Shown one piece after another: positions 40,822 to 55,198 of a DNA stretch of 64,000 nucleotides (position 1 is the first letter of the stretch; every line of letters starts with the position of its first letter). The position numbers and the translations under genes are program-made. The DNA comes from Escherichia phage vB_EcoM-ZQ3: the sequence record MW630116.1. The stretch is one strand, 5' to 3'. The notes beneath the pieces are model-generated. The model saw only the letters and a list, made by a program, of their open reading frames with translations, ran no database searches and was not told where the DNA came from.

Positions 40822-42804
40822 TTAACCACCTACAGCACCAATCAGTTCGTCGAAATCAGCACCAGTTGCTGTTGCTACAAAGTTCAACGTAATATAATTT
40901 ATCGAGCGGGAAGGTTGTAAGTAGAAAGTAGCTACAAATTCATTACGGTCGATAACTGCTGGGGTGTTATTGGTAGTATCACAAACAACTTTAAAGTTAT
41001 ATACACCACCGAGAGCTTTAATACCCTGTAGATATTGAGAAGTCTCTGTACGGAAAGAAGAACGGGTAAATGCGTTGTTCAATTCAAACAGGCGATATTT
41101 AGATGCTGAACCAATGTTCGTTTTAACCATATTGAACAAACGACGAACGTTAATACGGTCAAATGGTGAAGGAACGGAAGTGGCAGTTTTATCACCATAC
41201 AGAACATATCCATCACCGCCGGTACCAGTAACAGGGTTAATAGCTTCCTGATACAAACGATCACGTTGTGGTTGACGAGTTTCAATTGCAAGCTTAATAA
41301 CGTTAAGAATTTGTCCACGGTTATAACCGGCCGGAGACATCCAAGGCTGAGAAATATTGTCTGTGCGAGCACAAAGACCTGCAATATCAGCAGCTAACGG
41401 AACCCAACGATTCACGTCATTATATTTGTCATATTGATATTTATAGTTACCGTCAATAGCAGCATAAGTAGAACTTACATTAAAGTTATTATCAGTGTAA
41501 GTTCCTGATGCAGTACGCCAATCAACCAGATTATCAACTGCACGATTAACAGGAATACCGACTATAGTTGAACGTGGTGGTGAGCAAAGAACCAAGCAAT
41601 CTTGGCGAGAATCACCAATTGCTACAACATGTTTCTGAACTGTAGAAGCAACTTCTAAAGATTCACCTGCACAAGAACCGGCAATAAACAACTGCGCATT
41701 AACAGATTCGCGGTCAGCAAACAAATCCCAAGCTTCCATTAAATCACCAGCGTCAACCGTTTCATTAGATGATAAGCCACCACCCAGTTTGATTACGCCA
41801 GAGAAACCTTTTGGCCAACCTTGCGCAGTAGCGAAAATATAATTGCTTGCGCCTTTAGCAAAGAAATCATCAATGAAGATATTGCTACCATAAATATCTC
41901 GTTCACCACGTTTAGTAGAAAGAACTACGCTCTGGACTACAGCATCGTTACGACGAACGATAATTGCATATTGGTCATCAGTTTGTGGGCCATATCCAAA
42001 GATTGCTTTAGCAGTAGATGCACGAGTACCGCCATCAGGATAAATTTTTAACTGAGCTGAAGCACCTTTGTCATAGTCTGCTTTAGATACGATTTCAATT
42101 TCGAGCTGGTCGCCAAGTTCACCAGGATAAAGAGCAACTACGCCTGGGACACCATATTTTTTAATAGATTCTTGGAAAGTTAGAGAAGTAATAGCTTCTT
42201 CAGAAGTTTCAACTTCAGTTAACAGAATACCCGAATCGGTTACGATAGAACCAATTGTAATAACACCAGAAAGTCCAGAAGAAGAACTGGCAACTTCGGC
42301 GGTCCAATTAGAACCCAATGCCGGATATTCATTAATTTCTTTTGCACGAGCAATAATTTTACCGGTTGGGATGTAAATGTTAAGAATTTTACCATCGACA
42401 TCAACTGAAGTGACATAACCATCTGCTTCAACAGTTTCGGTCAAATACTTAACGATAATTTTATCACCAACTGCATAGTTACTACCAGTAGCAGAGATTG
42501 TGAATTCAATATTGCCTGCTACAGGAGATGAGTTCTTAGCAGTAGCACGATCAACTGCGCGTACAACACGAAGGTCATTACCATATTGAAGGAAGTTCAT
42601 AGCAGACATGAAATAATCTGCTGTATCCGTATTAGGAGTACCAAACATATCAACTAATGCAACTTCATCAGTGATTTGTTTAATCTGGAATGCCGGTCCC
42701 CATTGGAATTTTCCAGCCAGGGCAGCGGTACCAGTGGAGTTATTAACTACAGTACTCTGTACGGTAGTTTCTTTGAGCTCAACGCCCGGAGAGAGAAGTG
42801 CCAT
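40822..42804 (-). CDS. 18: tail sheath protein (gp18)
   Basis: 660 aa (T4 gp18 659 aa). Confidence 0.9.
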   Translation of the reverse strand: MALLSPGVELKETTVQSTVVNNSTGTAALAGKFQWGPAFQIKQITDEVALVDMFGTPNTDTADYFMSAMNFLQYGNDLRVVRAVDRATAKNSSPVAGNIEFTISATGSNYAVGDKIIVKYLTETVEADGYVTSVDVDGKILNIYIPTGKIIARAKEINEYPALGSNWTAEVASSSSGLSGVITIGSIVTDSGILLTEVETSEEAITSLTFQESIKKYGVPGVVALYPGELGDQLEIEIVSKADYDKGASAQLKIYPDGGTRASTAKAIFGYGPQTDDQYAIIVRRNDAVVQSVVLSTKRGERDIYGSNIFIDDFFAKGASNYIFATAQGWPKGFSGVIKLGGGLSSNETVDAGDLMEAWDLFADRESVNAQLFIAGSCAGESLEVASTVQKHVVAIGDSRQDCLVLCSPPRSTIVGIPVNRAVDNLVDWRTASGTYTDNNFNVSSTYAAIDGNYKYQYDKYNDVNRWVPLAADIAGLCARTDNISQPWMSPAGYNRGQILNVIKLAIETRQPQRDRLYQEAINPVTGTGGDGYVLYGDKTATSVPSPFDRINVRRLFNMVKTNIGSASKYRLFELNNAFTRSSFRTETSQYLQGIKALGGVYNFKVVCDTTNNTPAVIDRNEFVATFYLQPSRSINYITLNFVATATGADFDELIGAVGG

Positions 42805-42831
42805 TTTAATTCCTCTTAATTTGCTTTATTT

Positions 42832-45157
<2,326 letters not shown>

Positions 45158-45982
45158 TTATTGTTTTCTAGGACCAGGAGGGGTTGGTGGAGTCGGGATT
45201 GGAATATCATGAGTATAAGTTTGTTCAACTTCACCATTCCAATCTTGGGCTTCAACGTCTCTCGGTTTAATTTCTGTATCAACTGATTCAAAAACGCTGG
45301 CGGCTGTTTGAAGGTCTCGTTCATTAGCATGAAAATCAAGATAAGTCGTTTTAATAAGGCCTTCAGCTGCGCCTACCGGAGGATACATCCATCCATTTAC
45401 TTCAAATGTTAATGACCACTCTAAACGTCGACGGGATAAATTATCACCGTCTATTTGTTCATCCATTGCTGCTGCCATCCATACGACTTTAATATCCCTT
45501 TCAAATGGAATATCCTGCCCATATTGCTCAATCATAGTCGTATTAAAATGCGGCTGAAAATATGGAATAATTTGCTCAACGATTTGGAACATATCATCTT
45601 CATAACGAGTAAAGATGCTCAGTTCAAAAATCATTTTAATTGGTGATGGGTTGTATTGGTCTACAATATCCTTAGTCGATTTACTCAAAAGAGAGTTATT
45701 CAATATATTCGTTTTAAACGTCGGGTTATAAACGAAATCTACCATTTGGAGATTTATACGTGGTAGAATAGTTTCGACTTTAGCCACATCTTCTTGTGAG
45801 TTTATAGAGGTCCATTTATTAAGTTTCATCATAAAGTGCTCTTTAGATGCATACGTAATAGGAACTCTAATTAATTTATTGCCTGTAGACAATTGACGGT
45901 TAACTTGGATATTTGAAAACAAATCGCCCATCATTGTGATATATCGCCTGAACGACGAGTTGTAAAAATAGCCAAACATCAT
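45158..45982 (-). CDS. 15: tail sheath stabiliser / tail terminator (gp15)
   Basis: 274 aa (T4 gp15 272 aa; start may be the second ATG). Confidence 0.85.
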   Translation of the reverse strand: MMFGYFYNSSFRRYITMMGDLFSNIQVNRQLSTGNKLIRVPITYASKEHFMMKLNKWTSINSQEDVAKVETILPRINLQMVDFVYNPTFKTNILNNSLLSKSTKDIVDQYNPSPIKMIFELSIFTRYEDDMFQIVEQIIPYFQPHFNTTMIEQYGQDIPFERDIKVVWMAAAMDEQIDGDNLSRRRLEWSLTFEVNGWMYPPVGAAEGLIKTTYLDFHANERDLQTAASVFESVDTEIKPRDVEAQDWNGEVEQTYTHDIPIPTPPTPPGPRKQ

Positions 45983-46031
45983 TTCTCCTAACCGGCCTTT
46001 CGACCGGTGTTTGCTTTATCTTATCTATTTA

Positions 46032-46796
46032 TTAATTCATAAACCCATCGTCAAACGGTGAATTTTGTCTACCACGGTTGTTAACTACTACGTATGGTTC
46101 AACGTATTCACTTGCCTCTGAATTGATTTGCTCAACTTCAGAATATTCATCGATATTAATGTCATGGATACCGTCAAGATTTCTAACAGGGTTAAGTTCC
46201 AAGTCACTAAATTCAGGTATATTGATACCTTCATTTTTCTGAAGCACCGGATTGATTTCTTCACCAGAGTAAATAAACTTGCCTGCAGTAATTTTACGAA
46301 TTGCATTTTTACCTACTTGATAGAATGGGTCATATGGTTCAACCCAGTTAATCTCAAACAAACTGTTGTCCATTGGGAAGTATATTAAATCACCTTCCTT
46401 AGGCTCCTGATTGTTGACCTGGTGTTTGAAAAGACCTGGGTTAATAGATAATGTAACTTCGTCTTGAACTTGCATTCCGAAGTTGCTGAAGAACGATTTC
46501 GCTCCTTCATAACCTTCAAATGAGTTCAGATATGCTGCAAATTTCCATGCTTTAGTAAATTTATTTTTAAGGTCCTCGCCAAAGATAAGGTCCACAGCAA
46601 CATATTCACGTGGAACATAAAAACATTCAATACCACGCATCTGTATGCTTTCTGCCACTAGAACATCGGCTAATGTCTGGCTATTCTCATAGTTATTAAA
46701 ATTGACAAATGGATTGAGGATTTCAGTCTCATTTGTCTGAGAATACCCACCACGATTTTCCAGCTTGGCGAAAAGATTTTTATCATAAGTAGCCAT
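46032..46796 (-). CDS. 14: neck protein (gp14)
   Basis: 254 aa (T4 gp14 256 aa). Confidence 0.85.
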   Translation of the reverse strand: MATYDKNLFAKLENRGGYSQTNETEILNPFVNFNNYENSQTLADVLVAESIQMRGIECFYVPREYVAVDLIFGEDLKNKFTKAWKFAAYLNSFEGYEGAKSFFSNFGMQVQDEVTLSINPGLFKHQVNNQEPKEGDLIYFPMDNSLFEINWVEPYDPFYQVGKNAIRKITAGKFIYSGEEINPVLQKNEGINIPEFSDLELNPVRNLDGIHDINIDEYSEVEQINSEASEYVEPYVVVNNRGRQNSPFDDGFMN

Positions 46797-46797
46797 A

Positions 46798-47724
46798 TTA
46801 ACCTACCAAAATACCTGCAGGAGGGTCCAGTAAATATAACTCTTCTCGTAAAGCTTCTTTCTCTAAACGAGCTTCTTCAATTAATCGAACACCATCAACA
46901 GTGACGCCACCAGGTAACATCATACCTTGATGTTTAGCAAGAATTTGTCCATTAAGCTCTTTAGCTAATGCAGTTGCATAATCTTTAACCCAGCGGTTGT
47001 TATATGCGCCTTGTTTAGTTGCAGGATCTTCACCAACTCGGCGTCCGACCAAATTATGGTCTGGATTATCATAACGTTCAGAAATAGACCATGAATCACG
47101 AGGACCTACCTGTCCGTACCCTACTGTATTTCCTACCATCTTATGGGTCTCGATATAAGAGCGAACATACGATTCAACGATAATGACATCTTTCTGTCTA
47201 AAGTTACCCATTACTTTTAATTGCTCGTTTGCAGAGTTAAACCAAAAATCTGGAAGAGGAGCAATCATATCTTGAAGCATACCCATATAAGATACTAATT
47301 GAGAATAATACCCGAGATCAGCGCCAAAAGCGTTCGGGCCGTAGAATTTACCGCAATTACTACCCATACCACCTGAAACACCTGCCATTCCTAAAAGGAA
47401 ATCAGTGAACCATGGATAAGTTGCATTACCATCCATTGAAGTAATAGAGCCAACGTTTGTTCTTATAATTCTTGTTACAGCAAATACGTTAGAACCACGC
47501 ATATCAAATACGCCGTGACGGTATTTTTCTTCGTCATCAACAAAAAATACGTGGAAACCTTTATTCAACCCGTCAAAATGGTATTCGCCATAAAGTTCTA
47601 ACGCTCGTGAAATACAATCATAAATTTGATCTGTAGTTAATTCAACATTTACAATAGGAGCGCCTAAACGACGTAATATTACGTCCTTTAATTCTTTAGG
47701 GTTTTGTGCATTATAACCTGACAT
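46798..47724 (-). CDS. 13: neck protein (gp13)
   Basis: 308 aa (T4 gp13 309 aa). Confidence 0.85.
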   Translation of the reverse strand: MSGYNAQNPKELKDVILRRLGAPIVNVELTTDQIYDCISRALELYGEYHFDGLNKGFHVFFVDDEEKYRHGVFDMRGSNVFAVTRIIRTNVGSITSMDGNATYPWFTDFLLGMAGVSGGMGSNCGKFYGPNAFGADLGYYSQLVSYMGMLQDMIAPLPDFWFNSANEQLKVMGNFRQKDVIIVESYVRSYIETHKMVGNTVGYGQVGPRDSWSISERYDNPDHNLVGRRVGEDPATKQGAYNNRWVKDYATALAKELNGQILAKHQGMMLPGGVTVDGVRLIEEARLEKEALREELYLLDPPAGILVG

Positions 47725-47756
47725 ATAAATCCTTTAGGGCCCGAAGGCCCTTTTCA

Positions 47757-49205
47757 TTAAGCTGTAGGAAGTTCAACCCATGCACCGTCTTTGCGAACAT
47801 AGAATTTACCGTCTGAAGGAGCATCTTCAATATATCCAGCTTCCTTAAGAGTTTGGATTTCAGCTTCTGCGGCGGCCAAATCAGTTTCAAGAGTAGCAAT
47901 TCTAGAAGTTAAACCATTAATTGTCGTATCGTGACTTTTAACTGTAGGCAATATACCACGTTCTTCAACAGTCGAACCATTTGGGTTGGTGCCGTTTATA
48001 AGAGTATTTAATGTGTTTACAGAACCCTTAATCCCTGTGGTATTAGTCCCAACATCAGTTTGAATGTTCTGAATGTCATTACTCATCTCACCGATAGATC
48101 CTTCAAGCGCTCGAGTACGATAAAGCAAAGAGCCGGCTGGTTCCGGTTTCCCACCTGAAGCGTCAACACCAACTACGTTATTTAACCATGACACATTAAA
48201 ACGCAATCCTGACGAAGAATCAGAGCCGACAACAGTGTTCAATGCTCCGATAGCATCAGTATTGAGTTTAATACGTCCTTGGATTGTAGTAGGCAAATCA
48301 TCGGTGCCAATGGCAGTTTCTACTGTAGTCAAACGAGGTTTAATACCACCTGATTGATTGAGCTCAAGATTAATGTCGTTTATTGCTGAACTATTCGCAT
48401 TAGTTGTAGTAATAATAGAAGTCGTATTAGGATACCCAATAGACTGTTTAATGCCATCTAAGTCAGCATTTTGACGCGACAAAGTTAAATCAATACCGGA
48501 AAGACGACTAAATACTGGAGTAGTGAAAGAAGTGCGAGGTCCCATTTCTTCGCGTAAGTGTTCGACTTCATTAGTTAAAGAGCCGACGTCAGAATCAGCA
48601 AATTTAGTTTCTAGATCAGTTAATCGAACACCGTGGTCAACAATCACGGAGCTATTAGTCATAATACGGCGTTTCATACCAGTGCTATCATTTCCTGGAG
48701 TAGGAACCCCATTAATATCTTGACCAGTATATTGTCCTAATTCATTTTTAATCCAAAGCAGGTCGTTACGAACGGTTCTATAAACTGAATCTGTTTCCTG
48801 ATTATAAACACCAATATCATCAGTATTCGCATCAATATGTTCATTCAAATCATTCAATTCACTAGCATGGGTTTGAACTGTGACTTTAATGACATCAATA
48901 TCTTGGGTGTTCTGACCAATCTGTGCAAGTGCTTCGACGTCCCCGGAAACATCTAAAATACCTTGAATAACTTTTATATCTTCATTGGCTGTATTCAAAG
49001 AAGATGCTATAGTTTTAATATTAGTATCTAACGCTTCTACGTTACGTTGAACTTCAACAATAGGACGGTTCATTACACCTTCAGAACCGTATTTTGTATC
49101 AGCACCGGTAATTTCTTCGTCGTTTTTAATCCATTCAATACGACTCTGACCCGCGTCTGGCGGGCCGTCAACATATGGTAAATCTACCAGAGTTATATCA
49201 GCCAT
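47757..49205 (-). CDS. wac: fibritin (whisker antigen control)
   Basis: 482 aa; long coiled-coil; C-terminal foldon-like GYIEDAPSDGKFYVRKDGAWVELPTA. Confidence 0.9.
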   Translation of the reverse strand: MADITLVDLPYVDGPPDAGQSRIEWIKNDEEITGADTKYGSEGVMNRPIVEVQRNVEALDTNIKTIASSLNTANEDIKVIQGILDVSGDVEALAQIGQNTQDIDVIKVTVQTHASELNDLNEHIDANTDDIGVYNQETDSVYRTVRNDLLWIKNELGQYTGQDINGVPTPGNDSTGMKRRIMTNSSVIVDHGVRLTDLETKFADSDVGSLTNEVEHLREEMGPRTSFTTPVFSRLSGIDLTLSRQNADLDGIKQSIGYPNTTSIITTTNANSSAINDINLELNQSGGIKPRLTTVETAIGTDDLPTTIQGRIKLNTDAIGALNTVVGSDSSSGLRFNVSWLNNVVGVDASGGKPEPAGSLLYRTRALEGSIGEMSNDIQNIQTDVGTNTTGIKGSVNTLNTLINGTNPNGSTVEERGILPTVKSHDTTINGLTSRIATLETDLAAAEAEIQTLKEAGYIEDAPSDGKFYVRKDGAWVELPTA

Positions 49206-50788
49206 TATTTTACCTTAATAATATAGTTTAAAGAAATATTCCATGGACGAGTTTCATTTCCAATTAATTCTGGACGATTCATGGTATATTTAGAGTTACG
49301 CTGAGACGCTGGATCAATTTCATATCCTTCGTTAGTAAAATATGAACGGTTATCCCAGTCAAGTCCTTTACGAGTACCAACAAAGTTTGAACGACGAGTA
49401 TTACCAAATGCACCGGAATCATTGTGTTCGCCAAAACCACCAGCATGTTTATGATATGACATCTGTTGTTTTTGCACTTCACCGACATATCCACCAGTAC
49501 AACCAACTCCTAAACGAGGTTTACCAAATTGGTCATTACCATTAACATTAGGGTTAGTTAAATGTGTACCACGACCTGAGCCGCGAACAAATAATCCACG
49601 CATATCAGGCAAGCCCGGGTTAGAAGAGCTACCACCATATCGTGTCCCAATTCTGGAAGCATATACCGGACATTCTGAAGCAGAAACGGTCCCACCGTGA
49701 CAGAAGCGCCAGTCAGAACTCGGTAAACTATCTGCAGCCCACATTGTAATAGAGCCAACAGGAAGAATTCGGTCTAATTCATTTTGAGTCACAATACGAT
49801 TGCCTTGAATATAACCACCAGTCATATTGACATTACCAGTTATATTAGCTCCACCAGAACCAACCGTCAACGTATTATTAATGCGAAGCGTGCCGTTAAT
49901 AGTTTGTCCACCTCGTTGGTGGATAACATCAGCATTCCAAGCAAGGGCAGAAGAACCATCACCACCTGATTGGCTACCAGCTTGTGTAGTTAAACGAACA
50001 ACTCCACGTAAAGAAGTTGTAGCCCCACGCCCGTTTAATGTTGCGCCTGTCACTACAGCTGAAGAGTTGTTACTATTTACTTCAGTCTGTGTCCCTAGTT
50101 TAACGACGCCTTTATTAGTTTCTGATGCTACTGAATTCATAAAGGTATAAGGTGAAATTGCATAGCCTTCACGCAGGGTGCCTTGTTGTGCTTGAGCAAC
50201 TGTAGCCAAACGAACAACACCTGTAATAGATTCGGTGGCGTCACTATTATTTGGAGCAATTTGTGAAATAAGTTTAATTGCTAATTGTTGCGTTTTTAAC
50301 GGAGTCATTGCCGTTGTATCGTCAGAACCAGCTAATGCCGCAGCAGAAGTTGAAATTTTAATTACACCATTTGTTGCTTCTGTTGACACTTTTGTCTGAA
50401 ATACATTGTCTATTTTTTGATTCAATTTAAGCGGAGTAATTGATGCATCGTCAATAGCTCCGGTTACTGCTTCATCTTCAGTAGCATAACGAGTTAAACC
50501 ATATTGTGTTTCGGTTGCATTAGGATATTGTAGACGAGCATTCAGTGTTGCCGGAGTAACAGCTTTACTATTATCTAATCCATCAATAACTTCTTGTGGA
50601 GTAGCTATTTGAATAATTCCTGGTGTAGTAGTTGTTGCTTCCGGTACGCCATTAACACCTGAAGGAGAAATAGCAGCTAATGCGGCTTGGACATTAGTGA
50701 CTGTATCTGGAAAATTCGACCCCGTAGGGTCGAATTCAACGTAAACGGATTCGTTTGAAACGTGTTGGTATGTATTGTTATTACTCAT
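49205..50788 (-). CDS. 12: short tail fibre (gp12)
   Basis: 527 aa = T4 gp12 length. Confidence 0.88.
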   Translation of the reverse strand: MSNNNTYQHVSNESVYVEFDPTGSNFPDTVTNVQAALAAISPSGVNGVPEATTTTPGIIQIATPQEVIDGLDNSKAVTPATLNARLQYPNATETQYGLTRYATEDEAVTGAIDDASITPLKLNQKIDNVFQTKVSTEATNGVIKISTSAAALAGSDDTTAMTPLKTQQLAIKLISQIAPNNSDATESITGVVRLATVAQAQQGTLREGYAISPYTFMNSVASETNKGVVKLGTQTEVNSNNSSAVVTGATLNGRGATTSLRGVVRLTTQAGSQSGGDGSSALAWNADVIHQRGGQTINGTLRINNTLTVGSGGANITGNVNMTGGYIQGNRIVTQNELDRILPVGSITMWAADSLPSSDWRFCHGGTVSASECPVYASRIGTRYGGSSSNPGLPDMRGLFVRGSGRGTHLTNPNVNGNDQFGKPRLGVGCTGGYVGEVQKQQMSYHKHAGGFGEHNDSGAFGNTRRSNFVGTRKGLDWDNRSYFTNEGYEIDPASQRNSKYTMNRPELIGNETRPWNISLNYIIKVK

Positions 50789-51444
50789 GAGGCTCTCACA
50801 AAGTGGTAGAAAACGGTAGGAGTATCATGGTTATCAAGAGTAACCGTTTGGGCACCCAATAAATTCCATGTTCCGTATCCGGATTTTGCTTCAGACAAAA
50901 TTTCTTGCGAAATTGTTACACCAAACGAAGCATATGTTGGCAACACATGACGTTGGTTATCTAAATATGTCACCTGAAGTTTATTACCTTCAGACGGATG
51001 GTCTTTATAAGAAGAAATAGCGATTTGATTAGCAATGGCTTCTTGTAAAGCTATACGAACTTGTGCCGTTAATTCGTTATCAGTCATACCGATTGTTGCT
51101 TTAACAGCAAGTCCAAATACGTTAATAACGACTGGCGTTCCAGTGTCCAAAGTATCGTCGAGAACATCACCAGAAAAAGTCCAATAATCAACTTGTGCTG
51201 TACCTTCAGGCGATATGCCTGAAGTGTTTGTGACAACAGTACCAATATCGGCTCGTGCCATATTATGGACATCATTTATTGCAGATTCTACGTTAGCATC
51301 ATAAAAACCGCGAGCTAACTGAGAAATAGTTACGGAACCTACAGCTTGGTTGTTTAAAACATCAATTTGAGCTGGGTTTTTTCTGTAATTCAAAAAATCA
51401 GCATGACGGGAAATAACTCCCGCCTTTGTATTAAGTACAGTCAT
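50785..51444 (-). CDS. 11: baseplate wedge / short tail fibre attachment (gp11)
   Basis: 219 aa from ATG at 51444 (ORF-track 225 aa extension); N-terminus [12 protein letters not shown] resembles T4 gp11; TAATG overlap with gene 10. Confidence 0.85.
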   Translation of the reverse strand: MTVLNTKAGVISRHADFLNYRKNPAQIDVLNNQAVGSVTISQLARGFYDANVESAINDVHNMARADIGTVVTNTSGISPEGTAQVDYWTFSGDVLDDTLDTGTPVVINVFGLAVKATIGMTDNELTAQVRIALQEAIANQIAISSYKDHPSEGNKLQVTYLDNQRHVLPTYASFGVTISQEILSEAKSGYGTWNLLGAQTVTLDNHDTPTVFYHFVRAS

Positions 51445-53249
51445 TATGCAATCCTTACCCAACGGTATACAGTTATAGATGGCTGAATATTAGTTATAGA
51501 ACGCGCTGGAACATGAGATCCATTAGTCTTTGCATAGTCTTCACGATATTTAGTGTAAATAGGACCTTCTTCATCTGGGTCATATTGGCAACCGCCTATA
51601 ATTACTGTACCATTATCATCAGAAATAAGAACCTTTTCGTCGGTTTGTGTAGCTGGTAAATCAGCATTTTCTAATGTGATGGTTGTTACACCAACGGTAC
51701 CACCTGCGGTATGAGTAGGGTTACCATTGACGTCAAGGTCATTATTATTTAATGCAAAATTAGGATCCGACGCGTCGTCATTCCAACCTGCTAATACTTT
51801 GCCTTGTCCCCAAATTTTCCACGAACCAAAACCTAAATAAGTTGCCGGATTATTAGGGTTAACCGCATTTTCGTAAATAGTCCCAACAGGATAAATTGTA
51901 TCAAATATTGCTGAGATAGTCGAGAATTCACGTTCATACTTAGGAACAGGTTCTACATTAGGCCATCCAATTTTATCGAAATCGGTTAATGCAACGTCAC
52001 CAGTAATTTCAACGTTAGACCCTTGAGAAACATATTTCTCATCAGCGACATCAAGGATTTCTTCCATTTCAAGAAGAGTTCCTAAATCGTTATTAAACCA
52101 TGTGATGGTAATAATGTCTTGGTCTTCAAATTGACGGTCAAACAGAATTGCGCTAGGGATATTATCAGTATATTCAATCGCATAATCTGTGTACGATTGA
52201 GTCCATGTCCCACCGAGATTAGCGCATGACTCTTCAGAATCGGCATCCACACCTTCGCAACGGAAAATAGGAGTTCCAACAGTACCAGCTAATTCTTGGA
52301 GAATACCGTTGAAGCGAACTTCTAACGAATTAGGGTTAGGTGGTTCCGTAGGATTAATACCAAATGCTGTAAATGGAATAGACCGGAACGTACTCAAATC
52401 AGTGACGTAAATACTTCCATCAATAGACTTTTTAGCAGTCAATTTACTATCTAAAATGCGAACTTGGCGACGAGTATATGAACTACGCCACTGAGAAACA
52501 CCATCTAGGAATGTCTCAATTTGTACAGTGTCCCCAACATTACATGGTTGGCGTAATCTAATATTAAATCCATCAAGTGCAACCAGTTCACCAGGATTAG
52601 CGCCTGGAGAACCAAAATCACTATTATCACTGAATACATCACCATAATACAATTCGTTGCCACGATGTTTTACACGAATGTTGTTAACGTTATAAGAAGT
52701 CCCGTTAAAAACATCCATGAAATCGGTCTGACCTTGTGTTTCAACCAGATATTCTCTACGAGCAACATTACTAATGTCAGAGCTAACTATTTTATCAATT
52801 TGTTTGTTCTTGATGTATTCCCAACGTCCAGGAGCACAATAAACTAATTCTAAATCAGAGAACTGAACGTTAATTTCTACCGGAGATGAAGAACCTTTAA
52901 TAGTGTCTCCGTTTGCCGGAATTAAAGTAACAGGGTTAATGTTCCAAGTTGCAAATACGTCACGAGCACGAATAACTTTATTATAGTCTGCAATTGTCCC
53001 TTTAGGAAGATTTACCGAAACTCGTCCAGAAGTAGTATTAATTGCATAAGATTTACCCCAAGCGGCATTAAGATTAAGACCATCAGCCGCATCATAAGTC
53101 TTCCATGCGCCAGCGGAATAAGGAACTTCACCATCACCTAATTCATAATAGATTTCGTCAAAGTTCTCATTTATTTTTTCACCACCTCGACGAAGGTAAT
53201 CGCCTTGTCCGTCATCAACGACGTTACCAATTTTAATATTTTGTTTCAT
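51444..53249 (-). CDS. 10: baseplate wedge protein (gp10)
   Basis: 601 aa (T4 gp10 602 aa). Confidence 0.88.
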   Translation of the reverse strand: MKQNIKIGNVVDDGQGDYLRRGGEKINENFDEIYYELGDGEVPYSAGAWKTYDAADGLNLNAAWGKSYAINTTSGRVSVNLPKGTIADYNKVIRARDVFATWNINPVTLIPANGDTIKGSSSPVEINVQFSDLELVYCAPGRWEYIKNKQIDKIVSSDISNVARREYLVETQGQTDFMDVFNGTSYNVNNIRVKHRGNELYYGDVFSDNSDFGSPGANPGELVALDGFNIRLRQPCNVGDTVQIETFLDGVSQWRSSYTRRQVRILDSKLTAKKSIDGSIYVTDLSTFRSIPFTAFGINPTEPPNPNSLEVRFNGILQELAGTVGTPIFRCEGVDADSEESCANLGGTWTQSYTDYAIEYTDNIPSAILFDRQFEDQDIITITWFNNDLGTLLEMEEILDVADEKYVSQGSNVEITGDVALTDFDKIGWPNVEPVPKYEREFSTISAIFDTIYPVGTIYENAVNPNNPATYLGFGSWKIWGQGKVLAGWNDDASDPNFALNNNDLDVNGNPTHTAGGTVGVTTITLENADLPATQTDEKVLISDDNGTVIIGGCQYDPDEEGPIYTKYREDYAKTNGSHVPARSITNIQPSITVYRWVRIA

Positions 53250-54121
53250 TATTGAGCGACCCCAATTTTCTGAGTTGAGATAATTTTAACTGCTGAACGT
53301 AATCCAATAATATCAGATGTAATCGTCATAGTAGCAAAGTTGTTAATAATACTAAAGCTAATATTAGCAATCTCGTCGGTTTCATCTACATTACCAACTC
53401 GCATTACTGCAAATTCGGTAGAAAGAACTTCTGAGTTAATTGTATCTATTAGAATATTTATTTCGCATGTTTTTATTTTTCTACCGTCGGCGGATTGGCA
53501 TGTAACAAGCAATTTAGCCATGTTATAATCCGTGCGATAAAACAGAGGAATAGAAACTGTGTTTCCTGTAAGACTCCAAGTCCCATCGACAGGAGATTCT
53601 TTCTGCCCAAACATGCTATCAGTAGAATAATTCCATACTGAAGTTGGCCCATTAAGTTCAATACAACGAAGAACAACATGGGTATAAGGGGTGGAAATAA
53701 CAAGATTATTAAGAACGCCTTTAATTGAACCATCGGTTACTTGGATACTTAAAGGATTGTTAACAGAAATAGACCCATTAGAGTTTATGAATTCTACAGA
53801 GTCACCTAATTCAGGACGGTCAATAATAACAATCACACCACCATCAGAAGCATCAATATCATGCATGGTGCCTGGTTTAATAGGAGTTTGATAATCGACA
53901 GCCTTTCCTTTTTGATAATAGCCTGTGGCATGAATAGTTTGACCTGTAGGTCCGGTTCCATCTGCTACAGCCATTTTACGTTGATCGCCAAATGCATTGT
54001 AAATAGCGTTGATATCGTCATTTATTTTATTACCACCGTCGAATAAGATATCACCTGTTGAGGCATTACCAATTTCGCCGGTATCGATTAATTGTTTAGG
54101 AGTTTGCTTAAAAAATGCCAT
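53249..54121 (-). CDS. 9: baseplate wedge / long tail fibre socket (gp9)
   Basis: 290 aa (T4 gp9 288 aa). Confidence 0.85.
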   Translation of the reverse strand: MAFFKQTPKQLIDTGEIGNASTGDILFDGGNKINDDINAIYNAFGDQRKMAVADGTGPTGQTIHATGYYQKGKAVDYQTPIKPGTMHDIDASDGGVIVIIDRPELGDSVEFINSNGSISVNNPLSIQVTDGSIKGVLNNLVISTPYTHVVLRCIELNGPTSVWNYSTDSMFGQKESPVDGTWSLTGNTVSIPLFYRTDYNMAKLLVTCQSADGRKIKTCEINILIDTINSEVLSTEFAVMRVGNVDETDEIANISFSIINNFATMTITSDIIGLRSAVKIISTQKIGVAQ

Positions 54122-54153
54122 AATTCTGCCTTTTGTTGTCCGATATTATATTC

Positions 54154-54161
54154 TATTTATA
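54154..54161 (-). promoter_or_regulatory. late promoter
   Basis: TATAAATA on - strand 33 nt upstream of gene 9 ATG. Confidence 0.55.
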
Positions 54162-54166
54162 GATAC

Positions 54167-54190
54167 AAAAATGGGAGCCCGAAGGCTCCC
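54167..54190 (-). terminator. rho-independent terminator after gene 8
   Basis: GGGAGCC-UUCG-GGCUCCC hairpin followed on - strand by ATTTTTG. Confidence 0.7.
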
Positions 54191-54193
54191 TAA

Positions 54194-55198
54194 TTAAAAC
54201 ATAAACAAAATGTTAATTTCTTCTGTTTGGTCCATTGCCATAATAACAGGTGGTCGGTTTTCCATATAAATCATTTCACCGGAATGACGCTGCAGATCTC
54301 TAGGGTCGTAATAATCCTTTTCTGCTTTAACATTAGGGTCATTTGGATTTTTCTTAGCTTCTAACGGGTTTGTGATAATTGATATCTGTCTAAAACCCTT
54401 GTTACCAGGCAAAGCTGCCTCAGGGAAATAAACAGAATCAAAATATGCTTTAAACCGCATCGTATTAGCTTTAACACGGTAAATCAAGCCGTAGTCATCT
54501 TGTTGCCAAGTTAAGTTATTTTCATATCCCCAACGGGCGGGGTCTTCTTTAATTTCTTCCGGCCATGGAACTACAAGATATTCGTTAGTGCAACGGTTAA
54601 TTGACACATCGGCAGGAATCTCATAAAGATACTCCCAAATATATCCATCACCGGTTTCGATAACCCCATTAGCATCGCCTCTGCCTTCAGGAGGAGACAT
54701 AGAACGAACAGACGGAGTCCATTTACCACCTAATTTAAGACATTCATCTTTATTATCTAAAGATTCTATTGAACAGAGCCCTACATCAGGGACATCTAAA
54801 CAACGGTAAATTAACCAACCAGCTCCAACTTCTGTCGCGTTGTACGGAGCAGTATTACATGCGACTATATCGTTAATTCTAAACGTGTAAGGGTCTGGAT
54901 ATCGCACATCTCCCCAATCACGTCTAGGAATAACAGAATCTAACATTGAAGGTAAAACTTTAACTGTACCCATCATATGGGTCCACATATCAGTAACACC
55001 AAGAACAGAATCTGTAGGATAAGGCGGGGCGAAGCCCACCTCATTTTCATTTGACGCCCAAGGCTCTGAACGTCCAAACGTAATATAAATGGAGTTCTTA
55101 TCATCTCCATCCCCAACTGAATTATAAAAATTCAGCATTTTCTCTGTTCTAAATTTTGATGTAACTATTGCACGATAGATAACACTTGAATCATTCAT
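54194..55198 (-). CDS. 8: baseplate wedge protein (gp8)
   Basis: 334 aa = T4 gp8 length. Confidence 0.88.
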   Translation of the reverse strand: MNDSSVIYRAIVTSKFRTEKMLNFYNSVGDGDDKNSIYITFGRSEPWASNENEVGFAPPYPTDSVLGVTDMWTHMMGTVKVLPSMLDSVIPRRDWGDVRYPDPYTFRINDIVACNTAPYNATEVGAGWLIYRCLDVPDVGLCSIESLDNKDECLKLGGKWTPSVRSMSPPEGRGDANGVIETGDGYIWEYLYEIPADVSINRCTNEYLVVPWPEEIKEDPARWGYENNLTWQQDDYGLIYRVKANTMRFKAYFDSVYFPEAALPGNKGFRQISIITNPLEAKKNPNDPNVKAEKDYYDPRDLQRHSGEMIYMENRPPVIMAMDQTEEINILFMF